Shown: positions 63,325 through 64,000 of the stretch, piece by piece
How positions within the stretch are numbered: position 1 is the stretch's first letter
How the letters are laid out: every line of letters starts with the position of its first letter
Assembly (NCBI RefSeq): GCF_025526975.1
Contig: NW_026515669.1
Span: 930,001 to 994,000, forward strand
Origin: Fimicolochytrium jonesii
Lineage: Eukaryota
Length of the DNA stretch: 64,000 nt
Reading direction: 5' to 3'
Made by a program: the position numbers and the translations under genes
Notes under the pieces: model-generated
Databases searched by the model: none
What the model was told of the DNA's origin: nothing
What the model saw: the letters and a program-made list of their open reading frames with translations, nothing else

Positions 63325-64000
63325 CTATTGTACGGTTTCGGATTTGCTAGGCACGCCTGGTGGTTGAGTGTATGCAGGTCGCAATTCCAGATCTTTCGAT
63401 TGGAGATCTCGCACCTGATTCAGCATCTTGTCAATCACATCCAACGACCATTCCATGTTAGTCAACTGCGGCGAACGGGGAGTTTTCGCCTGCGGGGTGC
63501 TATATACGGATGTCGGCCGAGATCCCTCGGAAATGGAAGATCCTTTATTTCTGGTGATGGTGCTGGCATCGACGACGTGGATATTATTGGCGAGCTGGAA
63601 CTTCTTGATCTGTCCTTCCTGTTCGACGGGACTATTCATGGGCAAGATCATCGCCTTCGCTTCCAATGGTGAGGCTACCTGCAGCTTGAATATTGGCGAT
63701 AACGGCATGGATGGTAACGATTGGGAGAATCGCAATTTTGACGAGTTCATCTCCCGCGGTCCTTTCGGGCGTCCATTTCGCGGCCTCTGAAGCTGCACCG
63801 GTGCGTACGGTAATGTCACTTCAGGTGATTTATCGGCCGGCGCAGGATTCAGACCTAAGATGTTGGAAGCGGAGAGCGAGAACCGTCTGCTTTGGTTCGC
63901 GAGACCCTTTGCGATCTTCTGTTTGCGTAGTGACGGGAACATGGCTTCGACGGTTGTTTCGTGGATGTTAGACTTTGGTCGGGTTGAGATCGGCTTAGCG
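63325..64000 (-). CDS. C-terminal part of a hypothetical S/P-rich protein continuing beyond the window
   Basis: Frame is open from the window edge to the stop at 63325. Confidence 0.5.
   Translation of the reverse strand, partial: AKPISTRPKSNIHETTVEAMFPSLRKQKIAKGLANQSRRFSLSASNILGLNPAPADKSPEVTLPYAPVQLQRPRNGRPKGPREMNSSKLRFSQSLPSMPLSPIFKLQVASPLEAKAMILPMNSPVEQEGQIKKFQLANNIHVVDASTITRNKGSSISEGSRPTSVYSTPQAKTPRSPQLTNMEWSLDVIDKMLNQVRDLQSKDLELRPAYTQPPGVPSKSETVQ

Overview
Gene-dense, intron-containing eukaryotic DNA, roughly 50% GC by eye. It is most likely from a flagellated (zoosporic) fungus such as a chytrid: an axonemal inner-arm dynein heavy chain (DNAH10-like) sits among fungal-type housekeeping genes with short introns and CTRAC branch points. 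About 21 protein-coding genes can be reconstructed by splicing: ATP synthase subunit e (partial), AHA1, RRP1/NOP52, PRPP synthetase, sterol O-acyltransferase, phytochelatin synthase, RPL39 (missed by the ORF track), a dCache-HAMP class III adenylyl cyclase, DNAH10, an SR splicing factor, a small heat-shock protein, IAH1, a kelch-TM protein, argininosuccinate synthase, a GH5 EGCrP-type glucosidase, TYW3, DUF2462, a TEY MAPK, an MCP1-like protein and three hypothetical genes. I found no tRNA, rRNA, CRISPR array or recognisable transposon. Three observations stand out. (1) A bacterial-architecture receptor adenylyl cyclase has a near-match to the dCache amino-acid-binding motif plus added PKA-site-rich inserts, making it a candidate zoospore chemoreceptor. 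(2) A small HSP carries a signal peptide, alpha-crystallin domain, 22-aa Ala-rich repeats and a terminal KEEL, so it looks ER-resident. (3) The SR gene has two paralogous GC-AG introns flanking a 14-nt micro-exon. All family calls come from motif recognition by eye; no searches were run.
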